Positions 26,924-39,596 of a DNA stretch of 64,000 nt are shown here, piece by piece (position 1 is the stretch's first letter; the number at the start of each line of letters is the position of its first letter). The DNA is from Octopus bimaculoides (lineage: Eukaryota). A program made the position numbers and the translations under genes. The stretch spans positions 62,690,827 to 62,754,826 of the forward strand of contig NC_068983.1 in NCBI RefSeq assembly GCF_001194135.2, written 5' to 3'. The notes beneath the pieces are model-generated. The model was not told where the DNA came from, made no database searches, and was given only the letters and a program-made list of their open reading frames with translations.

Positions 26924-27315
26924 ACGTGGCTGTATGCTAAGTAGCTTGCTTACCAACCATTATGGTTCCGGGTTCAGTCCCACTGCGTGGCATCTTGGGC
27001 AAGTGTCTTCTACTATAGCCTCGGGCCGACCAAAGCCTTGTGAGTGGATTTGGTAGACGGAAACGGAAAGAAGCTCGTCGTATATATGTATGTATATATA
27101 TATGTATGTGTTTGTGTGTCTGTGTTTGTCCCCACAACATCGCTTGACAACCGATGCTCGTGTGTTTACGTCCTCGTAACTTAACGGTTCGGCAAAACAG
27201 ACCAATAGAATAAGTACTAGGCTTACAAAATATAAGTCCTGGGGTCGATTTGCTCGACTAAAGGCGGTGCTCCAGCATGGCCATAGTCAAAAGAATGAAA
27301 CAAGTAAAAGAGAGA
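26924..27315 (+). mobile_element. Complete tRNA-derived SINE family 2 copy
   Basis: tRNA-like head with A/B-box-like motifs (CGTGGCTGTATGCTAAG...GGTTCAGTCCC), a CORE-like TTGGGCAAGT segment, an internal (TA/TG)n tract, and tail GGCGGTGCTCCAGCATGGCC...GAAACAAGTAAAAGAG. Confidence 0.9.
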
Positions 27316-27335
27316 AAAGTGAGTAATACTAATGG

Positions 27336-27379
<44 letters not shown>

Positions 27380-29450
27380 AGAGAGCGAGAGAGACGGAGA
27401 GAGAGAGAGAGCTTCGGATAAATTGTTAAACACGTACTTTCTTACATGTATATGATATAAGGATACACCCAGAGTAAACTATACGAGGTTTGTAGCCTGC
27501 AAATATAGATATGCACAATAATGGCTTCAAATTTTGACACAAGACTAGCAATTTTTTAGGGAACGTGGGATTAGTCTATTACAACATCCCCAGTGCTCTA
27601 CAGGTGCTTATATTACTGACTCAAAAAAAAAAAAAATGATATGCATAATCAACCCCAGAAAATTTTGAACTTAGCAGGTAAAAATCGGGTTGCAATATCC
27701 GAAGCGCAAACGATTCTGTACACTCGCTATCTAATTGATGATGACGATAATAAAAGAAAAGATCTAGCGCCTTATGTTGTGGAACTCAGTATCAATCGGA
27801 ACTAAAGTGTGATTCCCTGGTTTATACTCTGATAGGAGTTTCATATATAATAATTGAGTATTTCCTCAAACTTTGCAACATGTCTATTGCTACCTTGTTT
27901 TTGAGTAATAATCGAATATGCAACTTTTATGAAGTATGTCCTTAGCCGGGAAGTATATCTGAAATTCTAAACGGCATTAAAATTGTTACAGAATTTGTCG
28001 TTTGCACTGGAAAAAAAATATATCTTCTCCGTATTTTCCACCATTGCAAAGAATATTTTATGCACAGTTCTTAGAATTTCTTGAGTTCAGTCTATCGTAA
28101 TAACAAAACTGGAATTTCTATCGGTTTCTGATATTGCATTAGATTACTTGGAAATTGGAAAAACGTTACTTTCCCATCGGAATGCTATTATTTCAAAATA
28201 TACAGAAAGTAAAACCTTCAAAACATAAACATAAATTTTGCTTCTTTGCCAGCGAAATATTTACCAAAGCTTGCTATTTCCACTTATTATGCAGCTTCAG
28301 ATTTACTTGGGCGATTTGTTCTTGTGTTGTTTCGATTGGTTTTGGCTGATGGAAAATGTGAGCCTAAAGCAGAGAATAATTACAGTTAATCAAGTATCTC
28401 TTTGAGTAACTCAGTTTATTAAAAGAAGTCTATTTACTTAGTAAGATTAAGGAAAGTATATTAGTTCAATACAGAGAAAAGCGAATAAGATGGACGAGAG
28501 AACACGGGAGTATAACAAGAGAAAAAGCATGAGAGAAAAGCAATATTCGTGTGTAAATAAATTTGAATGACTGGCAAAAAAAAAAAAAATATAGGAAATT
28601 CTTGCAGTGAAAACTGTTTGAATGTTTTGGCTGTTTCCCACTAATAGTGATTTCAAACCACGAATATTCTGTAATACCTTCTACATTTAGGTAGAGTATT
28701 TCATAATTCATAGTTTGATTAAAACAGTGCTAAAAATCAAGACAATAAGCAAGAAATTAATTATTATATTTATAAATTTAGAAACCTTTCTATAATTTCA
28801 TCAGTATTGTGTCTGTAAGTATGTATGTGTGTTTGTATGTATGTATGTATGCATGTATGCATGCATGTATCTATGTATGCATGTATGTATGTATGTATGT
28901 ATGTATGTATGTAGAGGTGAGCGTACACTAATTTTTTAGTTGTCATTCTTTTCGCAATTGTTGTCATTTCAAGAGATTCTTCCTTTTCTTTAGTAGACAT
29001 TTTACATTTGTTTGTATTACATTAAAAAATATCAGACGTCATTGAATTAGATAATATCCATTGAACCTCGTCACAATTCAGTTTGGAGATAATGGCTAAG
29101 CAGCAATGTTTAACGTTTCCGGATCACCTCCATTGCACTAATGTCTCCTATAAGAAGACTGTATAATGCGAAAGGTGATACAAGATGGATGTAAGAGGAA
29201 ATCTAACAAGTAATATATACGACAGATTTCCAGAATTAAACGAAAGAATGCATACAAGTTTATATATGTCCATACACACACACATACGCACATAAAAAAA
29301 TATATATATGCATATATAAACAAATGGATACATAGATTCACATTTACTCGTGTACACACCCATATACCTACATATATACATACATACACACACATACATA
29401 TACATGTATATATGTATGCATGTATATATATATATATATATATATATATC

Positions 29451-29502
<52 letters not shown>

Positions 29503-29904
29503 CATGCATACACACATTCATACACGTGTGGATATATAGATAGAGAGGTAGATGGATAAACAGATCGATACAGTGACAGGCGGGTGGACAGACAGATGCT
29601 TTGATAGATACCACCATGAAACATAAAGAAAGTAAGCGTGAGTGAAAGAAGCAAGAGAAATTAATATTTGTAAAAGCTAGAGACCTAAGAAGCTAAAAGA
29701 ATTTAATTTCCGCTTGAGAAATGGTAAAGTAGAAAAGACTGGAAACAATTCCGTTTCAAAGACAGTATTTTGAGCGCAATGTCGAGCAATTTCACAGAAA
29801 AGTAATAGTTTATAAGGTGATAACTTTGCAAGAGAAAAGTAAATAACCGCATCTCTTAATTTACCGTTTAAAAAATGGCGAATCTTAGATATTTAGGGAG
29901 GAGG

Positions 29905-30035
29905 CGCAGGCAGGTATCTCTTTCCAGTAACTTGGTTTCAGGTTCAGTCCCGCCTAAGGCAAGTGTCTTCTACTATAACTTCAGCCTGCCGACCAATGCC
30001 TGGTAGATGAATTTAGTAAGACGGAATCTGTATGG
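29905..30035 (+). mobile_element. SINE family 2 head fragment
   Basis: GGTTCAGTCCCG...GGCAAGTGTCTTCTACTATA...CCGACCAA...AGACGGAA. Confidence 0.7.
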
Positions 30036-30059
30036 AAGCCTATCGTGAAGTGAAGATAC

Positions 30060-30351
30060 CTTCTCCCATGAATGACCATGTGAGTGCACCTAGAAAGTTC
30101 CCCTCCAAGGCACAAGTCTGTGCAAGGTTGTTTATGGAAGACCAGCAGTCGCCTATATACATATCAGTCTCCCCTCTCCACTTCAGCAATGTTAACCTAG
30201 GGAAAGATCAAGGCCGATACAGCTTGACACCAGTGACATGGCAACTGATTTCTATAGATGAGTAAACTGGAGCAACGTGAAATAAAGTGTCTTGCTCAAG
30301 AACACAACAGACAGCCCGGTCTGGAAATCAAACTTAAAAGTTCACGATTGT

Positions 30352-30352
<1 letters not shown>
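30060..30352 (-). mobile_element. Third SINE family (degenerate)
   Basis: Minus strand reads GACCGGGCTGTCTGTTGTGTTCTTGAGCAAGACACTTTATTTCACGTTGCTCCAG..., which resembles a SINE central domain and differs from families 1 and 2. Family not assigned. Confidence 0.55.
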
Positions 30353-30384
<32 letters not shown>

Positions 30385-30627
30385 GAGAGAAAGAGAAAGT
30401 GAGAGAGTGAAATAGAGAGAAATATTTGATATACACATATATGTGTGTGTGTGTGTGAATGTGTCATATATACATTAATGTGAATGTCTTTGTGTTTATG
30501 CTTTGTGTCCTTACCACCGCTTGACAACCAGCGTTTCTGTATGTCCCCGTAACTTAGTGTTTCGGCAAAAGAAAAACGATAAGAGTGAATACAATAGCAG
30601 TACTACCTCAAGGAAAAGATAATGAAA

Positions 30628-30832
30628 ACTGCAAAAACGTTAGCACGCAGGGCGAAATGCTTAGCGGTATTTCGTCTGTCTTCGTGTTCTGAGTTCAAAT
30701 TCCGCCGAGGTCGACTTTGCCTTTCATTCTTTCGGGTTCGATAAATTAAATGCTAGTTGCGTACTGGGGTCGAACTAATCGACTGGGTCCGTTTTCAAAA
30801 ATTTCGTGCCTTGTACCATAGGTAGAAAAGAA
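30628..30832 (+). mobile_element. SINE family 1, B-tail variant
   Basis: AACGTTAGCACGCAGGGCGAAATGCTTAGCGGTATTTCGTCTG...AAAATTTCGTGCCTTGTACCATAGGTAGAAAAG. Confidence 0.9.
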
Positions 30833-30881
30833 AAGAATGCATTACAAAACCAAGCGATTGGTTATAATAAGGATGGACAAA

Positions 30882-30967
<86 letters not shown>

Positions 30968-31440
30968 ATACACACAAATATAGGTGTGTATACATACAGA
31001 CGTGTGTATGTGTGTGTGTGTGTGTGTGTGAAACAATAAAGTGCAAATGAGCTATAATTAAAATGAAAGGAAAGACTATCAAAAAAAGGAAAAGAAAAAT
31101 CTATATAATTAAAATGAAAGGAAGGACTATCAAAAACAAGGAAAAGAAAAATCCTCTGCGTCCAGTATGCAGGAGAATTGGTAGAGACGATATTTGCAAG
31201 AATCAAAAGCAATGACCGAAAACCCACTGGACAAATGAAGTAAATACAGAAGTAATTTTAACTGTTCAACATAACTAACAAGCTAGAAAAAAAGACAAGA
31301 TAAAAACAAGGAGTAATGATACAGCCTACGCGATCCCTACAATGTAAACTACGTTGTTTGACTGTGGAACCCTTGAGAACGTCCGTGTAAATACATAAGG
31401 ATGATAGGGGGCGGCAGCATTGATACATACATACATACAT

Positions 31441-31670
31441 ATCGGTATTATCTACAGATGAGACATGATGTGATTGGCACACTATATAAGGAAATCCGTC
31501 GGACGGATAACCCCAAGGACAAAGAAATAAGAACACACAGTACAGTAGAAGCCATAGCCACTCATAGAAAAGAGGAGTTCTAGTGGAATGTCTCAATGAA
31601 ATGTAAGCACAACAAACTTGATATAATGATTTGGGATAGAGAAGAGAAACTGTGTACAGTTGTTGAAATT
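31441..31670 (+). mobile_element. Fragment of an RLE-type non-LTR retrotransposon endonuclease domain
   Basis: RHDVIGTLY...*WNVSMKCKHNKLDIMIWDREEKLCTVVEI shows the RHD and (P)DI...VE pattern of restriction-like endonucleases. Confidence 0.7.
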
Positions 31671-32868
31671 TGCAAATTATATTCTACGCATAAGCGATAT
31701 AATCCCCATAAAAATTCATATATTTTTGCCTTTGATGAAATTGTAACCATAGATATTAGCTACAAATGAAGTAATATTTCTAGAATTTCATCTTCTTAGA
31801 AGCTAGAAAGACCCCTTCATAGGGACTTAAAACCCGCAATTTAGTCGTTTTATCTAAGCAAAAACGAATACAGTTGTTCACTTGGAAGCTGTAGAGTCAT
31901 CCGGGCATAAAATATGAGCGTAATGCGTAAGTCAATGGTACAACAGTGTAAGAGTTTGCTTTGAGATATACTTAGATTGTGATTTCTGCAATGTGGTGCA
32001 TAAATTATCAAGTAAATGATAGGCATCTTTTCCTCCACTGATTCAGTTGCAAAATGTTTAGTAAAGTTATTTGGTTGCAGACCTCTATTGAGTCTTTTTA
32101 TTATCACTGGGTCACACATAGTCCCCCGATGGTAACATTGATTTCAAGGCCTTCCAAGATGGGAGACTGGTTATTGAAAGACATTTATAGATTGTAAATT
32201 TATTCTGTCCAGTTATCTATCGGTATAGTGGTCATTTGCAAACTCCATAGGTGACACTTTCATTTCCCCTTAGCCCTCACGTCACACAGTTGTTAGTGTT
32301 TGAGTTGGGTCACTCCCTTCGAATTGTTATAGATCTGTAATGCATATTAAGGCTGTGCCTGTCACCTGTATGGTGAGGAATCCTACACTAGGGAGTAGTA
32401 ACGATTAGGGTAGGGTAGCTGACTGCTTATTGTGATCATTCGTCTTTTGGTTTCCAGTAGCTTTGCTCTCTTTTACAAACTCAGTGAACATACATATATT
32501 TCCTATTTCAAAGAAATTCGAACAATACATATAAGACCCAAGTTAAAAAGATACTCAACAATTCAACTTCTCTGGTTGACATTAAGACACCCACGCCCAA
32601 TAGGGGCCTTAACTCCCACATTTTAGAGCTCCATTACATCCATTTTTCAGGAACAAAATCCTTTTAATAGGTTCCATAAGACTGGAATTTTGGAATCTGC
32701 GCATAAAGATCAGTAGAATGGGATACATGTGTCATGATTAGAATTTTTTTAGAATGTGTGAAGAGGGAAAGAACCCTCATCTGCAATTTTGATGAAATTC
32801 GAATCATAGGTATTCCAGTTCATTAGAGAAAATATAGCAGAAAAGTCTAATTCTTTAATTGCATGTAA

Positions 32869-32896
32869 CACAGGCAACGCCGGGTGTCTCTGCTAG
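32869..32896 (+). mobile_element. Solo Helitron-type 3' terminus
   Basis: Imperfect hairpin CACAGGC-AAC-GCCGGGTG followed by TCTCTGCTAG, nearly identical to 1094-1109. Confidence 0.55.
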
Positions 32897-32927
<31 letters not shown>

Positions 32928-33547
32928 NNNNNNNNNNNNNNNNNNNNNNNNNNNNNNNNNNNNNNNNNNNNNNNNNNNNNNNNNNNNNNNNNNNNNNNNN
33001 NNNNNNNNNNNNNNNNNNNNNNNNNNNNNNNNNNNNNNNNNNNNNNNNNNNNNNNNNNNNNNNNNNNNNNNNNNNNNNNNNNNNNNNNNNNNNNNNNNNN
33101 NNNNNNNNNNNNNNNNNNNNNNNNNNNNNNNNNNNNNNNNNNNNNNNNNNNNNNNNNNNNNNNNNNNNNNNNNNNNNNNNNNNNNNNNNNNNNNNNNNNN
33201 NNNNNNNNNNNNNNNNNNNNNNNNNNNNNNNNNNNNNNNNNNNNNNNNNNNNNNNNNNNNNNNNNNNNNNNNNNNNNNNNNNNNNNNNNNNNNNNNNNNN
33301 NNNNNNNNNNNNNNNNNNNNNNNNNNNNNNNNNNNNNNNNNNNNNNNNNNNNNNNNNNNNNNNNNNNNNNNNNNNNNNNNNNNNNNNNNNNNNNNNNNNN
33401 NNNNNNNNNNNNNNNNNNNNNNNNNNNNNNNNNNNNNNNNNNNNNNNNNNNNNNNNNNNNNNNNNNNNNNNNNNNNNNNNNNNNNNNNNNNNNNNNNNNN
33501 NNNNNNNNNNNNNNNNNNNNNNNNNNNNNNNNNNNNNNNNNNNNNNN

Positions 33548-33585
<38 letters not shown>

Positions 33586-33603
33586 GGTGTATGTGTGTAT
33601 GTG

Positions 33604-33822
33604 CACAAGGTGATACTGAAAAATTCCTGGCTTTAAAGGGTGTCGCAAAAGGCCTGGCTGGAGGTTTATCCTTCCGAGTTCTTTTACAGGGCTTAGAAAA
33701 ACTGAGGCACTGCTGCAATAAGTGTATGAATGTGAGGGAGAAATATGTTGAATAAAATTATAATTAACTAACCTTCCTGAATTTTCTTTTAGTCAAAGTC
33801 AGGAACTTTGCAGCCCCCTTTC

Positions 33823-33825
<3 letters not shown>
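33604..33825 (+). mobile_element. Mariner-derived MITE (internal deletion derivative)
   Basis: Inverted repeats CTGAAAAATTCCTGGCTTT (33616-33634) and AAAGTCAGGAACTTTGCAG (33795-33813), 16/19 match. The interior encodes a mariner C-terminus, QGLEKLRHCCNKCMNVREKYVE*. Confidence 0.85.
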
Positions 33826-33873
<48 letters not shown>

Positions 33874-35105
33874 TGTGTGTGTGTGTGTGTGTCTACTCTA
33901 GCTTAATAGTATTTTCGAAGCATTCTGTTCCTTTAATTGATACAACGGCACAAAAACTCTGCAAATAATTCTGACCCTTGTCTGCCTCTAGACCCTGTGA
34001 TTACCGATTGTCTCTGGCATCATCCGATCATCTGTGTAAGCGAATCGATCCACATGACATTTTCTGAACCTCACTCAGAAATGAAATTTCATGTATATTC
34101 TAGTAGCGTCGTAAAGTATCTACAATAAATAAATAAATAAATAAATAAATATATAAATAAATAAATAAAATACAATTGCTATTTTCTGTAAGTTATATTG
34201 CTTCAAAAACTTGACATGTCTCAGTAGAATATAGTTTCAAACATAAAATATTTCATATAAAGAGAGATGAATGTATAAAACTACTTTCCATAGTTAGTGG
34301 TAATGAAATCTTGAATGGGTCCATCTGAATTCCGCAATTAAATGTTTAATACAAGTCATTTGAAAAATGAAACAGTCGCTATCTTAAAACCTTTTCTAAA
34401 GATGTTCCCGCACAGTGTTCTTTTTCAAAAATTCTAGAACTTGCAAAGAATATTAAACTTATAAAATCACAGTTGATATCTTCTGTTAGGCTCAAATACA
34501 AACTTGCCCAACCCGCATTTCAAACTCATGATAGTTGGAAAAAAAAAATGTAATTTAGCCCTTGCCGGTAAATATTCAGGAAGATAAAATAGTACCCACC
34601 ATACATACAGAACATCGCCATAAAGCGGAAGACCGGTGTGTAATGGAACACGCATAAAAACATTCGAGAATTCAGAGAAAGGGGCTATTTGGTTGTTTGC
34701 CAAAATCTGACTCATCAGCAGTAGGAAACAACAAACTCACAGTCACACCATTTCTTTTCTCTTCTACACAACTACAACAGCTGTCTTTCTACACAGTGAA
34801 AAGCATTACATATTTAATTCATATATACACACATGTATATATGCTATACTACAGACAAATATGTACGTATCTATCTATCTACATGTGTATATATTCGCGC
34901 GTCTGTGTGTATGTGTATGTGTACGTGGGCGCACGTGTACATCTATATATATATATGTACATACATATATATATAAACATACATAAACGCCCGTGCGCGC
35001 GCACACACACACGTACGCATGTATATATGCACAGACATATAGATGTACATAATTTCCAGTGAAGGAGAAATCTGTAGATTGATAGTTAAATATACAAGCA
35101 GACAG

Positions 35106-35189
<84 letters not shown>

Positions 35190-35339
35190 GGAAAAAAGTC
35201 AAGGTAGAAAAAAAACATTTCAGTACCGGTTTCAGTCATTGAGACTTTTTCAACTGTAAGTAAGGAAAACAATTAAATTTGGGAAAAATTAAAAGAAGTT
35301 TTTAAAAGAATATTTGTATAGTGTTCAAATACAAGTGGC

Positions 35340-36030
35340 ATTTTCCTTGTTTCTGCCCGTTTCTGTCTCTTGTTTACTCTTGTGGGTTATCAAAAATGAA
35401 CCTACACGCATCCAGATGTGGCTAAATAATATATTGATTACCAACCTCCAGCCTGTTGTTAATTTGGGCCCCTAGTCTGTGTATAAGTATAGCTTCCTTA
35501 ATTCTTAAATTACCCAAATTTCTTTTATTCGCCTCAATTGTGACTCGTATGCTTTTGTCGGTGATCCGGCATCTGTCTAGATGTTTTCTGAAGGAGGAGG
35601 ATCCCGTATTCAGATGTTCTTTGATGCAGACGTGTAACGGTCTTGTGCTACCCACATAGAACTTGTATTTTTTACATTGTATTCTATACACAACATTTAT
35701 CCGTTGGCATAAATCTGTGCTACGGATGGGACAGTTTGTTAGTGTGCATTGATTGCTGTCCCTTGTTTGTTTCTTTGCGAGGTGTCCTCTCAGAGAGGGG
35801 CAGGAGTGGGCTAGTTGTATGTCTATCCATTCTCTTCTTACGGCTCTTCGGATGGATGTAGCTATCCTCTCACTAAAATGGGATATTTTAAGGAAGCATG
35901 TGTTGCTGGGTTTTCTATGTGTTCGATGTGTTGGTCGTCTTTGTTACTTAAGCCGATTTACAATGGATCTAGGGTACCCATTGGTTTTCAATATATCTAG
36001 GAAGCGTGTAGTGTGGGCTGCACTTGCCCT
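35340..36030 (-). mobile_element. Penelope-like element 3' fragment with GIY-YIG endonuclease
   Basis: ORF 35422-35691 reads YRIQCKKYKFYVGSTRPLHVCIKEH...LRIKEAILI...INNR, a typical Penelope GIY-YIG domain. Confidence 0.85.
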
Positions 36031-36039
36031 GGATGCGTG

Positions 36040-38595
36040 GAAGTTCATTTCTGGCGTATCGTATTTTGGCACCGAGTGGAAGTGCTGAATTGTATTGGAC
36101 AAACATATCTCTACTAAGAGCCATTCGTTTTGAGTCTGTTAGGTTTAGCCATCAGCTAAGACTAGATAAGGCCAGAATAGACGGGCAATTAGTTAAGGAC
36201 TTAGAAGAGGCGGTTAGGTTAGGTTCTGCATCCCACATTCTGGCAACGAGAACGGCCTTGGACTGTCACCTCAAAACCAAACATGAGGGATGTAGAGTTC
36301 GGGCTGAAGTGCGAACAATGGGCTGAGAGGGAATGAATATTGCCGGATGGGCTCGTGCGGCAGAAACCCAGCGCGGCAATGATGCCACAATTAGTTCTCT
36401 GATTGACGACAATGGGAGTTCGGTCGAGGGACAGGATGAGATGTGTGAGGCGCTTTACAAGCACTTTGCCGAATTATTCGGGAGGAGCGGGAAGCTGGAT
36501 CATGCTGAAGCCCTTAGGGGACTTCCTCTCTCGCGGTCCGCGTCTCTCGGCACGAGAGGCTGAGTGCTGTGAAGGGCCAATCACAGCCAAGGCGGTGATC
36601 GAGGTGCTAGGCGAATGCCCCGGGGTGAAGTCAGCGGGTCTCGATGGTCTGCTCTATAAATTCTAGAAGAATATGCCAGACTTGTTCGGGCACCTGCTAG
36701 CCAGCGTTTACGCCAATTGGCAGCAGAATGGGAGAATTCCCAAGTCTGCAAGCCGAAGGCTAGTGACGCTGATCAGAAAGGACCCGAGCAAGGGGGACGA
36801 GATTAGTAACTTCCGGCCCATAACTCTGCTAAACACAGAGTTAAAGATTTTGGCCAAAGTGTAACAAAAAGGTTGGCGCGGGTCGTGGACGGATTTGTGG
36901 GGAGGGCGCAAAATTGCGCAATCTCGGGCAGGTCGATCCACAAGAACCTTCCTCTTATACGCTNNNNNNNNNNNNNNNNNNNNNNNNNNNNNNNNNNNNN
37001 NNNNNNNNNNNNNNNNNNNNNNNNNGGTAAGGAACCTTTCTGGCGCAGGAGGGACCTGGTATATTTAAACCAGTCTAAAGCGTTTGCTAGGGTCGACCAT
37101 CGGTACTTGGCGGCGGTCCTCGAGAAGGCTGACCAGGGCCGGGCCTTCCGCGGTTGGATTGCTGCTTTGAACAGCGACATCGAGTTTGTCGTTAAAGTGA
37201 ATGGCTTCTTTTTGAAGCCATTCAGGATCGAGCGTTCAGTGCGTCAGGGGCGTCCCCTGTCCCCGCTTTTGTATGTATTGGCTCTTGAGCCATTGCTGCG
37301 GAAGTTGGAGGCACTAATGGGCGCACCGCATGATCTATGGTGTGGAAGAGGAGCTACGGAGTATGCGGATGACATCTCCATCATCGTGGTGGATGAGGGC
37401 CAGCTTCCAGTGGTGGAAGAGGCCATCAAAAACTACGAGGCGGTGACAAGAGCAAAGGTTAACAAGGACAAATCGGTCGATTTGCAATTCGGCACCTGGA
37501 AGGGCAAGCCGATGGCGTCCAATAACGTCGTGGGGCGTTAGACAGAAGGTCCTGTTAAGCTGCTCGGAGTCCGATTTGGTCAGGACCTCCAGATAGAGAA
37601 GAATTGGAATGAGGTGACCAGCAATGTGACAGCTCTGACCCACACCTGGTTTGGACGGGCGTTGTCCTTGCTAGGTAGGGCGGAGGTGGTGCAGATGTTT
37701 ATAGCATCAGTGATCACCTACCGCCTGACCGTGGTGCCTTGTCCCGATTTGTGGCGGAACAAGTTGGAGAGAATCCTTCTCCGCTTTTTGTGGAAGGGAG
37801 GATAGCCACTTGTGGGGCGCTCTGTATACTGCCAGAAACCGCTAAAGGATGGGTTAGGGATGCCTCGGCTGAAGATGCAAAAATTCGCGTTAAGGTTGAG
37901 GCACCTCTGGCTTTACCTGGATGGAGAGAAGGTGTGGTCACCGCACGTCCGTTTCTACCTCCCGCAGTTAAAATCCTTAACGGACACTGGTATAGGAGTC
38001 AAGCAGAGACCTAGACTGGGGGACTGGCAATTGGAGTGCCGTCAGGCACTTCAGCTACTCTCTAGGACGGGCAATGCCGCCAAGAAGAGTTCTACTGCGA
38101 ATTTCTATAGCGGAATAGTGGGATCGAAGTCCGAAGACGCTTTGGGGAAACCCTGGGCTACGATGAAAGTCAGTTGATCAATCTGTTTAGAAGAACGTTC
38201 GGGCCGGGGTACCTGGATAATTACCAGAAATCCCTGACTTGGCAGTGCTTCTATGCGGCGTTACCAATTCGTGATAAACTGTCACGGCACGGAAGTGCCG
38301 TCTCAACGACATGTCTAAGGTGCGAGCGGGATAAGGAAACTATCTTGCACGTATTCGTGGAATGCCTGAAATTATTGGGACTGATAGTCTTTACAGAATA
38401 GCTGTTTTCATCGATGGGAAGAGTACAACTATCAGATGAGTCCATCATCGAGATTGTGCCACCCACTTCTCTTAGCGGGGAGAGGAAGGCCTGTCTTTTT
38501 CTGTATGGTGGCCATATTGAAAGAAACAGTATGGAAGACGCGGTTGAAAAGGATTATGACTGGTACCTTCGTATCTGGCCAGAGGTTGGTCAACT
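36040..38595 (+). mobile_element. L1/Tx1-clade LINE, truncated at both ends, decayed ORF2
   Basis: NFRPITLLNTELKILAKV, LNQSKAFARVDH, SVRQGRPLSPLLY, EYADD, and C-terminal CLRCERDKETILHVFVEC. Stops and frameshifts present. Confidence 0.95.
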
Positions 38596-38610
38596 TTTTT
38601 AGTTACAACC

Positions 38611-38649
38611 TTCAGCATGGCCGCAGTCAAATGACTGAAACGGGTAAAA

Positions 38650-38684
<35 letters not shown>

Positions 38685-38830
38685 ATAGGCTTCTTTCAGT
38701 TTCCGTCTACCAAATCTTCTCACATGTCTTTGGTTGGCTCGAGTAGAAAACACTTGTCCAAAGTGCCACGCAGTGGGATTGAACCCAGAACCATGTGGTT
38801 GGGAAACAAGCCTCTTACCACAGAACCACA
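38611..38830. mobile_element. SINE family 2 tail (+) and head (-) joined through a (TA)n tract
   Basis: CAGCATGGCCGCAGTCAAATGACTGAAAC on the plus strand (about 38613-38648), then (TA)n, then the reverse-complement head (38690-38830). Confidence 0.75.
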
Positions 38831-39189
38831 TCTGTATCTATTATAAATAGCTAAGCCGATAGTTTACTAGCACATTATTTTATCGTCACCGGAAAAATAA
38901 AAAGGATATCGCGGTTTGAACTTAGGGCAGTAATTAAAAACTACAAGGCAAATTGTCTGTTGCTCTAATTTCATGTATGACAAGTCATTGTAACTAAATA
39001 GGTTAATCATTGATCCATTATTAACTAGGTTACTTATTGATTGATAGTTCTGGTTACAGATGCCAGGCTTATGTGAACTGTTATACTTTTTCTGATAAAT
39101 ATATGGAAATTCTCAGTTTTATTTTGCCTAAGCCAAAGGCATTAATTACATTTTCAGGACAGCTTCAGACATGTAACATATTTTTTTAC

Positions 39190-39410
39190 TCCCCAAGGCA
39201 CAAAACCCGAAACTTTTGGGGAGGGGGCCTGTTGATTAGATCGACCCAGGACGCTACTGGTACTTAATTTATCAACTCCGGTATGCAATTGCTACTTAAT
39301 TTATCGACCCCTTCAGGTGGAAGGCAAAGACGACGTCGGCGGAATTTAACGTAAAGGACGTAAGGACAGACGGAAAACCGTTAAGCATTTCGTCAGGCGT
39401 GCTAACGCTT
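39190..39410 (-). mobile_element. SINE family 1, B-tail variant, 5' truncated
   Basis: Minus strand reads GCGTTAGCACGCCTGACGAAATGCTTAACGG...GGCCCCCTCCCCCAAAAGTTTCGGGTTTTGTGCC. Confidence 0.8.
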
Positions 39411-39413
39411 CAT

Positions 39414-39596
39414 ATTTCTTTATTGCCCACAAGGGGTTAAACACAGTGGGGACAAACAAGGTCAGACAAAGGCATTAAGTCGATTATATCGACCCTAGTG
39501 CGTAACTGGTACTTAATTTATCGACCCCGAAAGGATGAAAGGCAAAGTCGATCTCAGAGGAATTTGAACTAAGAACATAACGGCAGACGAAATACC
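39414..39596 (-). mobile_element. SINE family 1, A-tail variant, 3' portion (interrupted by the Tx1 LINE)
   Basis: Minus strand runs GGTATTTCGTCTGCCGTT...GTCGATATAATCGACTTAAT...CCCCTTGTGGGCAATAAAGAAAT. The missing head is at 44851-44910. Confidence 0.9.

Noticed and set aside
26924-26990. tRNA-like sequences with A/B boxes
   Set aside because: They are SINE heads continuing into SINE bodies. No complete cloverleaf tRNA, rRNA, snRNA or CRISPR array was seen in the window.
27900-28350. Coding-like decayed minus-strand sequence with a faint FLYWCH/MULE flavour; similar unassigned stretches at 10700-11140, 18900-20400, 22700-23150 and 49700-50570
   Set aside because: Too many stops and too few diagnostic residues to assign by eye. 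A translated search is needed.
31850-32119. 89-aa ORF with faint resemblance to a Helitron helicase segment
   Set aside because: It lacks the diagnostic LLRN/CNGTR residues and lies on the opposite strand to the nearby Helitron-type 3' end.
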